Shown piece by piece: positions 40,581-49,824 of a DNA stretch of 64,000 nucleotides. Origin of the DNA: an uncultured delta proteobacterium. Lineage in GTDB: Bacteria > Myxococcota_A > Polyangia > Polyangiales > Polyangiaceae. The position numbers and the translations under genes were made by a program. Below the pieces are notes generated by a model. It searched no databases. It was not told the DNA's origin and was given only the letters and a program-made list of their open reading frames with translations. The first letter of the stretch is position 1, and each line of letters begins with the position of its first letter. The stretch lies in NCBI GenBank assembly GCA_963716725.1, contig CAVQUB010000005.1:192001-256000 (forward strand), read 5' to 3'.

Positions 40581-41528
40581 CTAGTTTTGACCTGGGCGGA
40601 ATCTAAACAGATGATCGTCGAACCAACGCGTCGAGGCCTTGCGGATCTCGCCGCGTCCGTCGGCGAGCACACTCGCGTGCGTTTCCCCCGGCAGCAGCAA
40701 GAGCTCGGCGCGTCCCGGCGCAGATTGTGCGATGGCGCGCGCGTTGTCGGCCGACACCTGCGGATCGTCGCTGCCGTGAACGATCAACACCGGCACCTGG
40801 GTGCGCGCTGCGGCATGGGCCGGCGCGGCCGCATCAGCGTCGAAGCCCGCCCACAGCGCGCCCAGATCGACCGCGGAGTCGAGCCAGAGATCGGGCACCG
40901 CCGGCTCGAAGGCTGGCAGTTGCCAGCGCACGTAGTCGCGCGCCACGCCGCGCAACGACGCAAAGGAGGCGACGGCGACCACCGCGCGCACACGAGGATC
41001 GGAGGCGGCGAGCTCCAGGGCCGTAGCGGCGCCATACGAGAAGCCGTGCACGCCGACGGGACCGAGCGCGACGCCGCGCGACTCGAGCGCGTCGAGCACT
41101 CCGGACACGTCGCCTGCGTCGTCGACGCCGTAGGTCAGATAGCCGCCCCCGGATCGGCCGTGGCCACGGAGATCGAGCAGCACCACGCGGTACCCAGCGT
41201 CGAGAAACGCCCGCGCGGCCGGCAACATGCTGTGCTTGTCGAGCCGCACCCCGTGCAGGAGCACGATCGTCCCGCGGGCGGCGGTTTCCGGTTCGACGCG
41301 CCAGGTCGAGATCGCGGTCGGCCGGCTCCCCACCGTGAAGTTCTCGGCCTCGGCCCGTCCGTGATCCGAGAGCTCACTCGGACAGGGGTCGTTCCCCGCG
41401 GAGGCCGTCGAGCCATTGGGTGAGTGCGCGACCGCGTAGGCCACGGTCACGGTGCCGCCCGCCCACATGAAACCCATCGCGCCGAGCGCACGCACCGACC
41501 AGATCAGGAGGGTTCGGGGAGCGGGCAT
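40581..41528 (-). CDS. Alpha/beta hydrolase with N-terminal anchor
   Basis: LLHG, DLRGHGRS, G.SYGA, HG..D and H motifs. Confidence 0.88.
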   Translation of the reverse strand: MPAPRTLLIWSVRALGAMGFMWAGGTVTVAYAVAHSPNGSTASAGNDPCPSELSDHGRAEAENFTVGSRPTAISTWRVEPETAARGTIVLLHGVRLDKHSMLPAARAFLDAGYRVVLLDLRGHGRSGGGYLTYGVDDAGDVSGVLDALESRGVALGPVGVHGFSYGAATALELAASDPRVRAVVAVASFASLRGVARDYVRWQLPAFEPAVPDLWLDSAVDLGALWAGFDADAAAPAHAAARTQVPVLIVHGSDDPQVSADNARAIAQSAPGRAELLLLPGETHASVLADGRGEIRKASTRWFDDHLFRFRPGQN

Positions 41529-41540
41529 GGCTGAGGCAGT

Positions 41541-41966
41541 CTAGCGCGTCCCCTGGTCGGCGCTCGAGGCACCTACTTCCTGCGGACGACGGCGCCGAGC
41601 GTAGCGCACGAAGAGCGACCAGCACACCGCGAGGCAGGTGACGACGATGGCCACTTCCCAAATCACCAGCACGGACTCCGTGCGTGGTCGAATGCCGGCT
41701 ACGAAGTTCACCAGCCGACCCGTGAAGGTCCCGTCGGCATGGACACCCGCAGCAGCCCACAGATCCCGCGAGAAGGTCGTCAAGAAGCACTCCCCGAGCA
41801 CCCACTGGGAGCCCTGGGACGCGACCACGAACACCACCGCGTACACCGTGTACGCGAAGCTCAGGCGAGGCCAGCGGTGCCAGAACAACAGCGGCAAACC
41901 CAAAGCCCACGCCGCCATCGCGGCGATGTGGACGATGTCCATGGCGACGGCGAGGGCAGACAGCAC
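41541..41966 (-). CDS. DUF2784-like small membrane protein
   Basis: D.VH, TM segments, GECFLT motif. Confidence 0.6.
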   Translation of the reverse strand: MLSALAVAMDIVHIAAMAAWALGLPLLFWHRWPRLSFAYTVYAVVFVVASQGSQWVLGECFLTTFSRDLWAAAGVHADGTFTGRLVNFVAGIRPRTESVLVIWEVAIVVTCLAVCWSLFVRYARRRRPQEVGASSADQGTR

Positions 41967-42122
41967 GGGTTCGCCCCAGCAAGTTCCGCACCCAAGCCGA
42001 TCGGACGCGGTGCGAGGGGGCATTGACGCCAGGATTTCCGGAACTCGCGGCAACCACGAAAATTTGGCGCAAGAAGCTGGCGCCCATTTTTCGATCCCGA
42101 CAATCACGGCTAGGTTCCGGCC

Positions 42123-44018
42123 ATGCCCGGCGGCAGCATCGGCAACATCGCTCGACGCTTGCGCGAACTGCTGCGCGGACCGCGCACGCTGGCACCGCTG
42201 GTGTTCGCCAGTAGGGCGCCCCTCGACTTCCGTCTGGCCGGGCGAGCCCTGTCTCACGCGGCGCTGGTCGGACTCACCGCCGGTCTGGTGGGCGCCGCGT
42301 TCTTTGCCGCACTCGAGTACGTCAGCAGCATGCTGCTCGAGGGCGCGGCGGGCTACGCTCCGGTGCGGGCGCAGGGGGAGCAGTTCGCGACTTGGCAGCA
42401 TCACGCCCCGTTTCGGCCGTGGCTGCTGGTGATCCTGCCCGCGCTGGGCGGCCTCGGAGCGGGGCTCGTCGCGCGCTACATCCCGGAGGTCCGCGGCGGC
42501 GGCGCCGACCCGACCATCGAAGCGTTCCACTATCGCCGCGGCATGCTTCGCCGGCGGCTGATCTGGGCCAAACCGTTGGCGTCGATCCTCTCGCTGGGGA
42601 CCGGGGGTGCGGGAGGACGCGAAGGACCGACGATGTTGATCGGTGCGGCCATTGGCTCGACGGTGGCCCGGGTGCTGGGTCTTTCGGTGCGGGAACGACG
42701 CATCTTGCTGGTAGCGGGGATAGCGGCCGGGATCTCGGCCGTGTTTCGTACGCCGCTCGGAGCCGCATTGCTCGCGGTCGAGCTCTTGTACCGCGATGGC
42801 TTCGAGTCGGATGCGCTGATCCCATCGGTGCTGGCCTCCGTCACGGCGTACTCGGTGGTGATCTCGATCTTCGGAGAGAGCACGCTCTTCACGCACGCGC
42901 CGCGCTTTCCCTTCGTACCGGCGCACCTGCCACTCTACGGTCTCTTGGCCTTCGCCATCGCGGTCGTCGCCATCGGCTTCTTGGCCGTGTTCGGTACCAC
43001 TCGCCGCCTGTTCTCCAAGTTGCCGGGTCCCGACTGGATCCGCCCCGCGCTCGGCGGTCTGGCGCTCGGCGTGCTCGCCACTGTGGTCATCACCTTCCTT
43101 GGTGGTGGCGGGTCCGGACGAGGTTTCGGCATTCTCGGCGGTGGCTATGGCGCCGCGCAGGCGGCCATCAGCGGCGCCGATTGGCTGCCACTCGGTTGGA
43201 CCGGCGTGCTGCTCTTGCTGGGCCTCTCGCTGGTGAAGGTCTTCGCCGCCTCGCTGACCATCGGCTCGGGCGGGTCAGCCGGAGACTTCGCGCCGTCCTT
43301 GGCCATCGGCGGCCTGCTCGGCGGCGCGTTCGGACGCGCGGCGCAGATCGTTCTCGCCGATCCACGCATCGACCCGGGCGCCTTTGCCTTGGTGGGCATG
43401 GGCGCGTTCTACGGGGGCATCGCCCACGTGCCGCTGGCTTCCCTGGTGCTCGTCTGCGAGCTCGCCGGCAACTACGATCTCTTGGTGCCGCTCATGCTGA
43501 CCATCGGCATCGCGTTCGTCGCACTTCGGCACAAGGGCATCTACGAGGCGCAAGTCGATACCCTCGCTGACTCTCCAGTGCACCGCGATGCAGTCGTACT
43601 CGACATGCTGCGGGCCGCTCGCGTCAAGGACGTGATGCTATCGGGTCGGCCCTTCGTGTCCTTCGCCTCCGGCTCGACAGCACGCGAGGTCATCGATCAA
43701 GTCGGAGACGCCGACTGGCAGAACGTGTTCCCCGTGGTCGACGCCGAACAGCGTCTGATCGGCCTCGTGACGTCGGAGCTGACGCACGTGCTCGCGCAGC
43801 AGGCCGATGACACCCGCTGGACCATCGTCGCCGATCTGATGCAGCCCGCGGTCGCCCTCGGCTGCGACGACGACTTGCATGCGGCCACCAAGCTGCTGAT
43901 CGAGAGTGGGCTCCGGGAGATCCCCGTCGTCGACGCCGATCGCCGGGTGATCGGCTTCTTGGACGAGGCGGACATCGCCAAGCTGCACCTCCAGTCAGCG
44001 GACCGGGCCGAGACTTGA
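42123..44018 (+). CDS. ClC chloride channel/antiporter with C-terminal CBS pair
   Basis: PEV.GGG, GG.GGREGP, F.TPL, GGS.G.FAPS, GM.A motifs; two CBS domains. Confidence 0.93.
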   Translation: MPGGSIGNIARRLRELLRGPRTLAPLVFASRAPLDFRLAGRALSHAALVGLTAGLVGAAFFAALEYVSSMLLEGAAGYAPVRAQGEQFATWQHHAPFRPWLLVILPALGGLGAGLVARYIPEVRGGGADPTIEAFHYRRGMLRRRLIWAKPLASILSLGTGGAGGREGPTMLIGAAIGSTVARVLGLSVRERRILLVAGIAAGISAVFRTPLGAALLAVELLYRDGFESDALIPSVLASVTAYSVVISIFGESTLFTHAPRFPFVPAHLPLYGLLAFAIAVVAIGFLAVFGTTRRLFSKLPGPDWIRPALGGLALGVLATVVITFLGGGGSGRGFGILGGGYGAAQAAISGADWLPLGWTGVLLLLGLSLVKVFAASLTIGSGGSAGDFAPSLAIGGLLGGAFGRAAQIVLADPRIDPGAFALVGMGAFYGGIAHVPLASLVLVCELAGNYDLLVPLMLTIGIAFVALRHKGIYEAQVDTLADSPVHRDAVVLDMLRAARVKDVMLSGRPFVSFASGSTAREVIDQVGDADWQNVFPVVDAEQRLIGLVTSELTHVLAQQADDTRWTIVADLMQPAVALGCDDDLHAATKLLIESGLREIPVVDADRRVIGFLDEADIAKLHLQSADRAET

Positions 44019-44083
44019 TGCGTTGAACGCCCCGGTGAATAGCGGGCACTACGACCCGAAGAGTTCGCTGGTACGCTGAGGCC

Positions 44084-45709
44084 TCAGCACGACTTCTTGC
44101 AAGTGCCGGTGCAGCACTTGTCGCCGTTCGAGCAGTCGTCGTCGCCGCAGCACGCGACGCAGCTGCCGTTGCCGCAGTCCTTCTTGCCCGAGGGGCACTC
44201 GCAACCGCCTGCGTTGCAGATCATTCCGCCGGTGCAGTTCTTGCCGCATCCGCCGCAGTGGCTCGCGTTTGTCTTGGTGTCGACGCAGGTGGTCCCGCAC
44301 AGCGTCTGCGATGCGGGGCAGGTCGGCTGACACGCTCCCCCGGAGCAACTGGTGGTCCCACCGGTGGGCGCCGTGCAGGGTTTGTTGCAGCCCCCGCAGT
44401 GCACCGTGGAGACCTTCCAGTCGAAGCAGTCGCTCCCGCACCTGTCGAATCCCGACTTGCACGTGACCGTGCAGTTGCTGCCGCTACAAGCCGGCGAGCC
44501 TTGACCGCTCGGGGGCCCCGCGCACTTCTTACAGGTCGAGCCGCAGTGGTTCGCGTCGTTCGACAAATTGAAACAGGTCGAGCCGCCGCCGCAGGTCGAG
44601 TACCCGCTGTTGCAGGCGAACCCGCAGCCGCCGTTGCTACAGGTCGCCGCGGCGTTGGTCGGCGCGACGCAGGGTTTGTTGCACCCTCCGCAGTGCTGGG
44701 TGCTCCCGTTGGTGTTGGTCTCGCAGCCCGAGGCCACCTTTCCATCGCAGTTGCCCCACCCGGACTTGCAGCTGGAGATGTTGCACGAACCGCCGCTGCA
44801 CGCGGGGTTGGCGTTGGCCAGCGTGCACGCGCCCTTGCAGGCGCCGCAGTGACCGACGCTCGTGTTCTTGTCCGTCTCGCAGCCGTTGCTCAGGTTTCCG
44901 TCGCAGTTCAAGAACGAGCCGGTGCACGCGATGGCGCACTTGCCCCCGCTGCAGGCCGGTAGCCCGTTGGTCGAGTTGCACACCTGATTGCAGCCGCCGC
45001 AGTGGCCGGGATCGGTGCCGATGCTCGTCTCGCAACCGTTGGCTTCGTTCCCGTCGCAGTTGGCCCAGCCGCCTTCGCAACTCTTGATCTTGCAGACCTG
45101 TCCCACGCACTCGTTCACGGCGTGGGCCAAGCTGCACGCATTGCCGCAGAACTTGCAGTTCAGTACGTCGGTGTTGCCATCGACCTCGCAGCCGTTCTTC
45201 TTGTTTTTGTCACAGTCGAGCAGCGTGTCGGGGTCGCAATAGTTGACGACGCAGGCGCCGGCGTCGCAGATCCAGTTCTGCCCATTGATGACCTTGCAGT
45301 CGTTGCCGCAGCTCCCACAGTTGGCGTAGTCGCCGTCCACGTTGGTCTCGCAGCCGTCCACCGGGCTCGCGTTGCAGTCTTGCCAGCCGGGGTCGCACTG
45401 ATCGACTTGGCACTCTCCCGAAGCGGCGCACTTGGCGCTCGCGTGGGGCAGTAGGCAGGGGGAGCAGCCCGTGCTGTCCGAGCAACCGGCCTGCGGGGTG
45501 TTCGCGGTGACGCACGAAAGTTGCCCGCTCGGATCTGGGCAGAGCTTCGACCCCGCGAAGCAGGTGCCGCTGACACCGCCGCCGCCGCCGGCCTCTCCGG
45601 CGCCCGCGTCCGACGGGCTCTCGAGTCCGCCGCCTGTTTCGAGGCCGCACGCTGCCACGGCGACCACTCCGATCGCGACCAGCAGCAGCGAGCCAAGAGC
45701 GCGCCCCAT
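44084..45709 (-). CDS. Cys-rich repeat lipoprotein (myxobacterial NCDG..NGCE / HCGxC repeats)
   Basis: Lipobox VAA-C; repeated C..GW..CDG...NGCE.....HCG.C...C units. Confidence 0.85.
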   Translation of the reverse strand: MGRALGSLLLVAIGVVAVAACGLETGGGLESPSDAGAGEAGGGGGVSGTCFAGSKLCPDPSGQLSCVTANTPQAGCSDSTGCSPCLLPHASAKCAASGECQVDQCDPGWQDCNASPVDGCETNVDGDYANCGSCGNDCKVINGQNWICDAGACVVNYCDPDTLLDCDKNKKNGCEVDGNTDVLNCKFCGNACSLAHAVNECVGQVCKIKSCEGGWANCDGNEANGCETSIGTDPGHCGGCNQVCNSTNGLPACSGGKCAIACTGSFLNCDGNLSNGCETDKNTSVGHCGACKGACTLANANPACSGGSCNISSCKSGWGNCDGKVASGCETNTNGSTQHCGGCNKPCVAPTNAAATCSNGGCGFACNSGYSTCGGGSTCFNLSNDANHCGSTCKKCAGPPSGQGSPACSGSNCTVTCKSGFDRCGSDCFDWKVSTVHCGGCNKPCTAPTGGTTSCSGGACQPTCPASQTLCGTTCVDTKTNASHCGGCGKNCTGGMICNAGGCECPSGKKDCGNGSCVACCGDDDCSNGDKCCTGTCKKSC

Positions 45710-45735
45710 TGTCGAACTCTACAATGGAAAGCGGG

Positions 45736-47586
45736 TCAGGGCTCGGGAGGCGTCAGCAGCTCTTTCAGGACGTCGCCGGCGTCCAGCTTGCCGCTGCCGG
45801 GGCCGAGCAGTCGGAGCAAGAGCTTCATCGCTACGTCCACTTCGGGCCCCATTTGTTTCACGGCCTCTTCACCGAGGAAGCCGGCGAGCAGGCTACGCAT
45901 GTCCGGCTTGCCGAGATCCTCGTCCCCATGGGCCTGCTCGAGCCAGCGCTTCGCCAGCGCCTTGACCGGATCCGCGTGCTCGCCTTTGGCGAGCTCGTCC
46001 ACCAGACCTCGGGGCGGCGCGTGTTTGAAGCGATGACGCGCCACGTACGCGCGCATCCTCTCGAAGAACACGGCGTCCCCCAAGGCCTTCTGAAGCTCGC
46101 GGTAGAAGAACGGGCCTTTGCCGTAGACCAACCCCGCGTAGGCGAGCTCGCCCGAGAAAGCGTCCACCGGTCGATCGACGGCGCCGTCCTCGGAACCGAG
46201 CAGGCGCATGGTGTGATAGTTCGCGAGCACCTGCCGGTCCGCCTCGAGCTTGGCGCGCTCTGGACCGTAGCGCTCTTTGATGTGGAGCACCGCGCTCCAC
46301 TGCGCCAGCGCCTCGTCTTGAAACGGGTGCTGGCGGCTGTCGCTGCCGACCAGCCCGGGCCACCACTGGTGGGCGACCTCGTGCGCGGTGACGAACTCGA
46401 GCATCGAGTCGGTCAGCTCCTTCACCCGCGCGTCGTGTCCCGCGCCGCCCAAGAGCCCCGCGAGCATGCCCATGGGGCCCTCCGAGAGCGCGGGTCGATA
46501 GAGCATGCTCGCCACGGTCACCAGCCCGCTGAACTCGACGCCGCCGGCGCCGCCCACAAGCGGCGCCTCGACCACGTCGAGATCGACGTAAGGGTAGCGG
46601 CCGAAGAGCTTCTCGTAGGTGGCGAGGGAAGATGCGGCGGCCTCGAGCACCCGCGCGCCAGCTTCTTTGTCACGCTCCACGAAGTGCGAGCGGACCTCGA
46701 CGTCGCCGACCTTGCGGCTCGCGGACTCGAAGCGCGAGCTGACCAGCAGCGCGAAGTCCCGGACCATGGCGGCTCGGATCAGCGTCTCGCGGCGCAGGCC
46801 CGCGTCGCCTGCGGCAATGGTCGCGCTCTGGCTGCTGATGCCCGAGCTGACCACCTTGGCGTTGGCCGGAGCGAGCACCCTCGCGCGGACGTGGCTCAGG
46901 CGATCGGCGCCGAGATCGCCCATGCTCGAGCCCTCGGGTTTGTCCCACTTGCCGTCGTGAAAGGGCCCGAGCACCGCGTAGAAGCTGGCCAGCGACGCGA
47001 TCTCGTCGCCCCGAGCGAGCAGCCCGTAGTCGCCGGCCCGCTTCCCGCTCTTCAGACGCTCCAGCGACTCGAGGCCCTGGGCGAGCATGGTCGTGCGACC
47101 GGGCTCGATGATCCGCAGCTCCGCCGAGAGCGAGAGCGAGAGCTTGATGCGCTCGCCTGCCGCCAGGGGCTTGTCGAGCTTGGCGACGATCACGCTCGGC
47201 TCGGTCGCGCTCATGGTGCAGCTCGGACCCTCCGAGCACGAGCCCTTCAACAGCTTCACCGGCGGCGACTCGCCCACGGCGTTGGCGTAGATCCGCAGCA
47301 CGATCTCCTCAAGGCTCGATCCGAGGCTGTTGGTGAAGTAGAGCGTCTGTCCGATCTCGGCCTGGCCCAAGTCGTCGCGCAGATCGATCTCGAGATCGTA
47401 CAGGGGCAAGTCGCTGAGCGATTTCACGCCGGCGCCGGCGGCCGCCCCGACGCGCTCGTCACTGCGCAGCGATTCGGCCAGCGGTGCGGCGTCGTACCAG
47501 GTCTTGGCAGGCGCTGAAGTGTGCTTCTTACAGCCGGTAGTGCAGGCGCAGACCATCGCGACGGCGAGCCACGCTCGGCGAGCCAC
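45736..47586 (-). CDS. M1-family Zn aminopeptidase lipoprotein
   Basis: GGVEF (GxMEN-like), HEVAHQWW...DEALA, VYGKG; lipobox TTG-C. Confidence 0.88.
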   Translation of the reverse strand: MARRAWLAVAMVCACTTGCKKHTSAPAKTWYDAAPLAESLRSDERVGAAAGAGVKSLSDLPLYDLEIDLRDDLGQAEIGQTLYFTNSLGSSLEEIVLRIYANAVGESPPVKLLKGSCSEGPSCTMSATEPSVIVAKLDKPLAAGERIKLSLSLSAELRIIEPGRTTMLAQGLESLERLKSGKRAGDYGLLARGDEIASLASFYAVLGPFHDGKWDKPEGSSMGDLGADRLSHVRARVLAPANAKVVSSGISSQSATIAAGDAGLRRETLIRAAMVRDFALLVSSRFESASRKVGDVEVRSHFVERDKEAGARVLEAAASSLATYEKLFGRYPYVDLDVVEAPLVGGAGGVEFSGLVTVASMLYRPALSEGPMGMLAGLLGGAGHDARVKELTDSMLEFVTAHEVAHQWWPGLVGSDSRQHPFQDEALAQWSAVLHIKERYGPERAKLEADRQVLANYHTMRLLGSEDGAVDRPVDAFSGELAYAGLVYGKGPFFYRELQKALGDAVFFERMRAYVARHRFKHAPPRGLVDELAKGEHADPVKALAKRWLEQAHGDEDLGKPDMRSLLAGFLGEEAVKQMGPEVDVAMKLLLRLLGPGSGKLDAGDVLKELLTPPEP

Positions 47587-47592
47587 TCGCGG

Positions 47593-48747
47593 TCACTCGC
47601 CTTTCCGGGCCGCGCTCGAGTCGCTCGCCGGTGCCGGTGCGCCCGGGTCCTTCACCTCGACCTTGGGCCGGGTCTCGTCTTGTTTGATGCTGTAGCGAAC
47701 CAAGGCGCGCACGGCCTTGTTCCGCTCCACGTTGCCGAGCACCATCTTGAGGTCTTCGTACACGCTGGGGTCGACCAAGAGCGCGCCCACCGTGCCCTTG
47801 CCCGCCCGCACTCCGGCCACGATCTGACGCAGGTCGCGGCTCATCGCGTTGATGTTGCCCATCAGTTCCTGCGACTTGTCGTCGCCGTAGATCAGGCTCT
47901 TGGCGGGGCCGTTGCCTTCGCGCACGCCCTTCAGCGTCAGGGCGAGCTCATCGGCGGCGTTGCCGAACGACGCCACGGTCTTGGTCGGCGCGTCGCCGTA
48001 CAGCACGTCGTGGGCGAAGCCGGGACCCGACTGCACGCGGTGCACGATGGCGTTGATTCCTCGCAAGGTCTGGTTGAGCTCCACCGTCGCGCGCTCCAGA
48101 TTGGTGAGCGTGCGAGAGAGGCGCTCGGCTTCGACGGGATCCTTGAGCAGCTTGCTGGCGTAGCCGTTGCCCTCGTCCAGGTTCTTGAGGACATTGTGCA
48201 GCGAGCGCACCGAGCCCTGCACGTCCTGTGTGAAGCGCTCTTCCGACATGGCGCCGGTGGTCTTCTCCAGGTTGCCCATCACGGTCTCGGCCTTGGCGCT
48301 GATGTTGGCGACCTGACCCACCATGTCGGCGATGTCCTTGGCGGGCTTGGTGGGGATGGTTCCGCCCGCCGGGATGCGCTCGGCTCCTGGCGTGCCGGCC
48401 TTGAGCGTCACCATCTTGTCGCCGAGCAGACCCTTGTTGTCGATGAAGACGAAGCTGTCGGTTCGGATCCGGCGGGCTTCGCCGCGCACCACCGTGAACT
48501 CGACGTAGAGCTTCAAATCATCTGGGTCGTCCGAGTAGCGGACGTCGCTCACGGCGCCGACGTCCACGCCGCCCATGCGCACGGTGGAGCCGCGCTTGAG
48601 CCCCTGCACGTCGTCGAACACCGCACTGTACGCGTCCTTGCGCTCGAAGGCTTGGCGCTCGTCGCCAATCAGGAAGATCACCAGGCCGAAGACGACCAGG
48701 CCGACGAGCACGAACAGCCCGACTTTGATCTCACGCTTCAAGGCCAT
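47593..48747 (-). CDS. mlaD: MCE/MlaD family protein
   Basis: EIKVGLFV TM; F.DV.GL..GS.VR.GGV.VG.V; GLLGDK; long helical tail with G.GT.G.L..DP..Y. Confidence 0.9.
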   Translation of the reverse strand: MALKREIKVGLFVLVGLVVFGLVIFLIGDERQAFERKDAYSAVFDDVQGLKRGSTVRMGGVDVGAVSDVRYSDDPDDLKLYVEFTVVRGEARRIRTDSFVFIDNKGLLGDKMVTLKAGTPGAERIPAGGTIPTKPAKDIADMVGQVANISAKAETVMGNLEKTTGAMSEERFTQDVQGSVRSLHNVLKNLDEGNGYASKLLKDPVEAERLSRTLTNLERATVELNQTLRGINAIVHRVQSGPGFAHDVLYGDAPTKTVASFGNAADELALTLKGVREGNGPAKSLIYGDDKSQELMGNINAMSRDLRQIVAGVRAGKGTVGALLVDPSVYEDLKMVLGNVERNKAVRALVRYSIKQDETRPKVEVKDPGAPAPASDSSAARKGE

Positions 48748-48818
48748 GAACGGTCACGGGAGTGTAGTCCCAGGCGGACGCCTCGGAAAGCGCGGGCCTC
48801 GCCGCCGGCTTTCCGGCC

Positions 48819-49598
48819 TCAGCCCGAGCTCAGCAGCGCCTCGACGGACTCCCGGACCGGCGCGCGCCCCTCGATGAAGTCGCTCACGCGCGGATCGGTC
48901 GACGCGCGGAACTCGTCCACGGGACCCTGACAGATGATCACCCCCGAGTGCACCATGGCCATGCGGTCGCTGACGGTGAACGCGCTCTTCATGTCGTGGG
49001 TGACCACGACGCTGGTGAAGTGGAACTTCTCCTGAAGGCCCAGGATCATGTGGTTGACTCGCGCCGTATTGATGGGGTCGAGGCCCGTGGTCGGCTCGTC
49101 GTACAGCACGACCTCGGGCTGCACCGCGATGGCGCGCGCAAGCCCCACGCGCTTGCGCATGCCCCCGGACAGATCCGCCGGCCGCATCTCCTCGACGCCC
49201 GGCAGCCCCACCAGCCCGAGGGCCCAGGCCACGCGGTCGCGGATCTCGGATTTGCTCAATTTCTGCCGAAAGTGCTCCTCGAGCCCGTAGGCCACGTTTT
49301 CGCCGACGTTGAGGGAGTCGAAGAGCGCGCCACTCTGAAACAGCATCGCGATGCGCTGCCGCACCCGCGAGAGCTGGTCTTCGGTCATGCCAGTGAGCTC
49401 CAGGCCGTCGAAGACGATGCTGCCGCGATCCGGGGGCAGAAGCCCGATCAGCATCTTGAGCATCACGCTCTTGCCCACGCCGGAGCCGCCCACGATGGTG
49501 ATCACCTCACCTCGGTACACGTCGAGATCGAGCCCGCGGTACACGACCTTCGGACCGAACGCCTTGCACACCCCGCGAAACGAGATGAGCGGCGTCAT
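48819..49598 (-). CDS. mlaF: ABC transporter ATP-binding protein, MlaF/Mkl type
   Basis: GGSGVGKS, FQSGALFDS, LSGGMRKRVGLARA, YDEPTTGLDP, VTHD motifs. Confidence 0.92.
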   Translation of the reverse strand: MTPLISFRGVCKAFGPKVVYRGLDLDVYRGEVITIVGGSGVGKSVMLKMLIGLLPPDRGSIVFDGLELTGMTEDQLSRVRQRIAMLFQSGALFDSLNVGENVAYGLEEHFRQKLSKSEIRDRVAWALGLVGLPGVEEMRPADLSGGMRKRVGLARAIAVQPEVVLYDEPTTGLDPINTARVNHMILGLQEKFHFTSVVVTHDMKSAFTVSDRMAMVHSGVIICQGPVDEFRASTDPRVSDFIEGRAPVRESVEALLSSG

Positions 49599-49824
49599 TT
49601 CGCGGATGACCGGCTGCACGCGCGTCGAGCGTACCCCCGGCTGAGCCAAAATGGGACAGACCGGGCTGGCCCGCGGCGTTTTGGGCAGCACATCAGCGAA
49701 CGAATACCTACGTGGGCCCGGCCCCGGAAATCATTGCCGGCTTCTTCCTCCCGATTTCTACCGGTTCTCGGTTGAACCCCCGCGACGAAGCGTGTAAGCC
49801 CGGCAACTCGGGAGGTTTCTCTAC

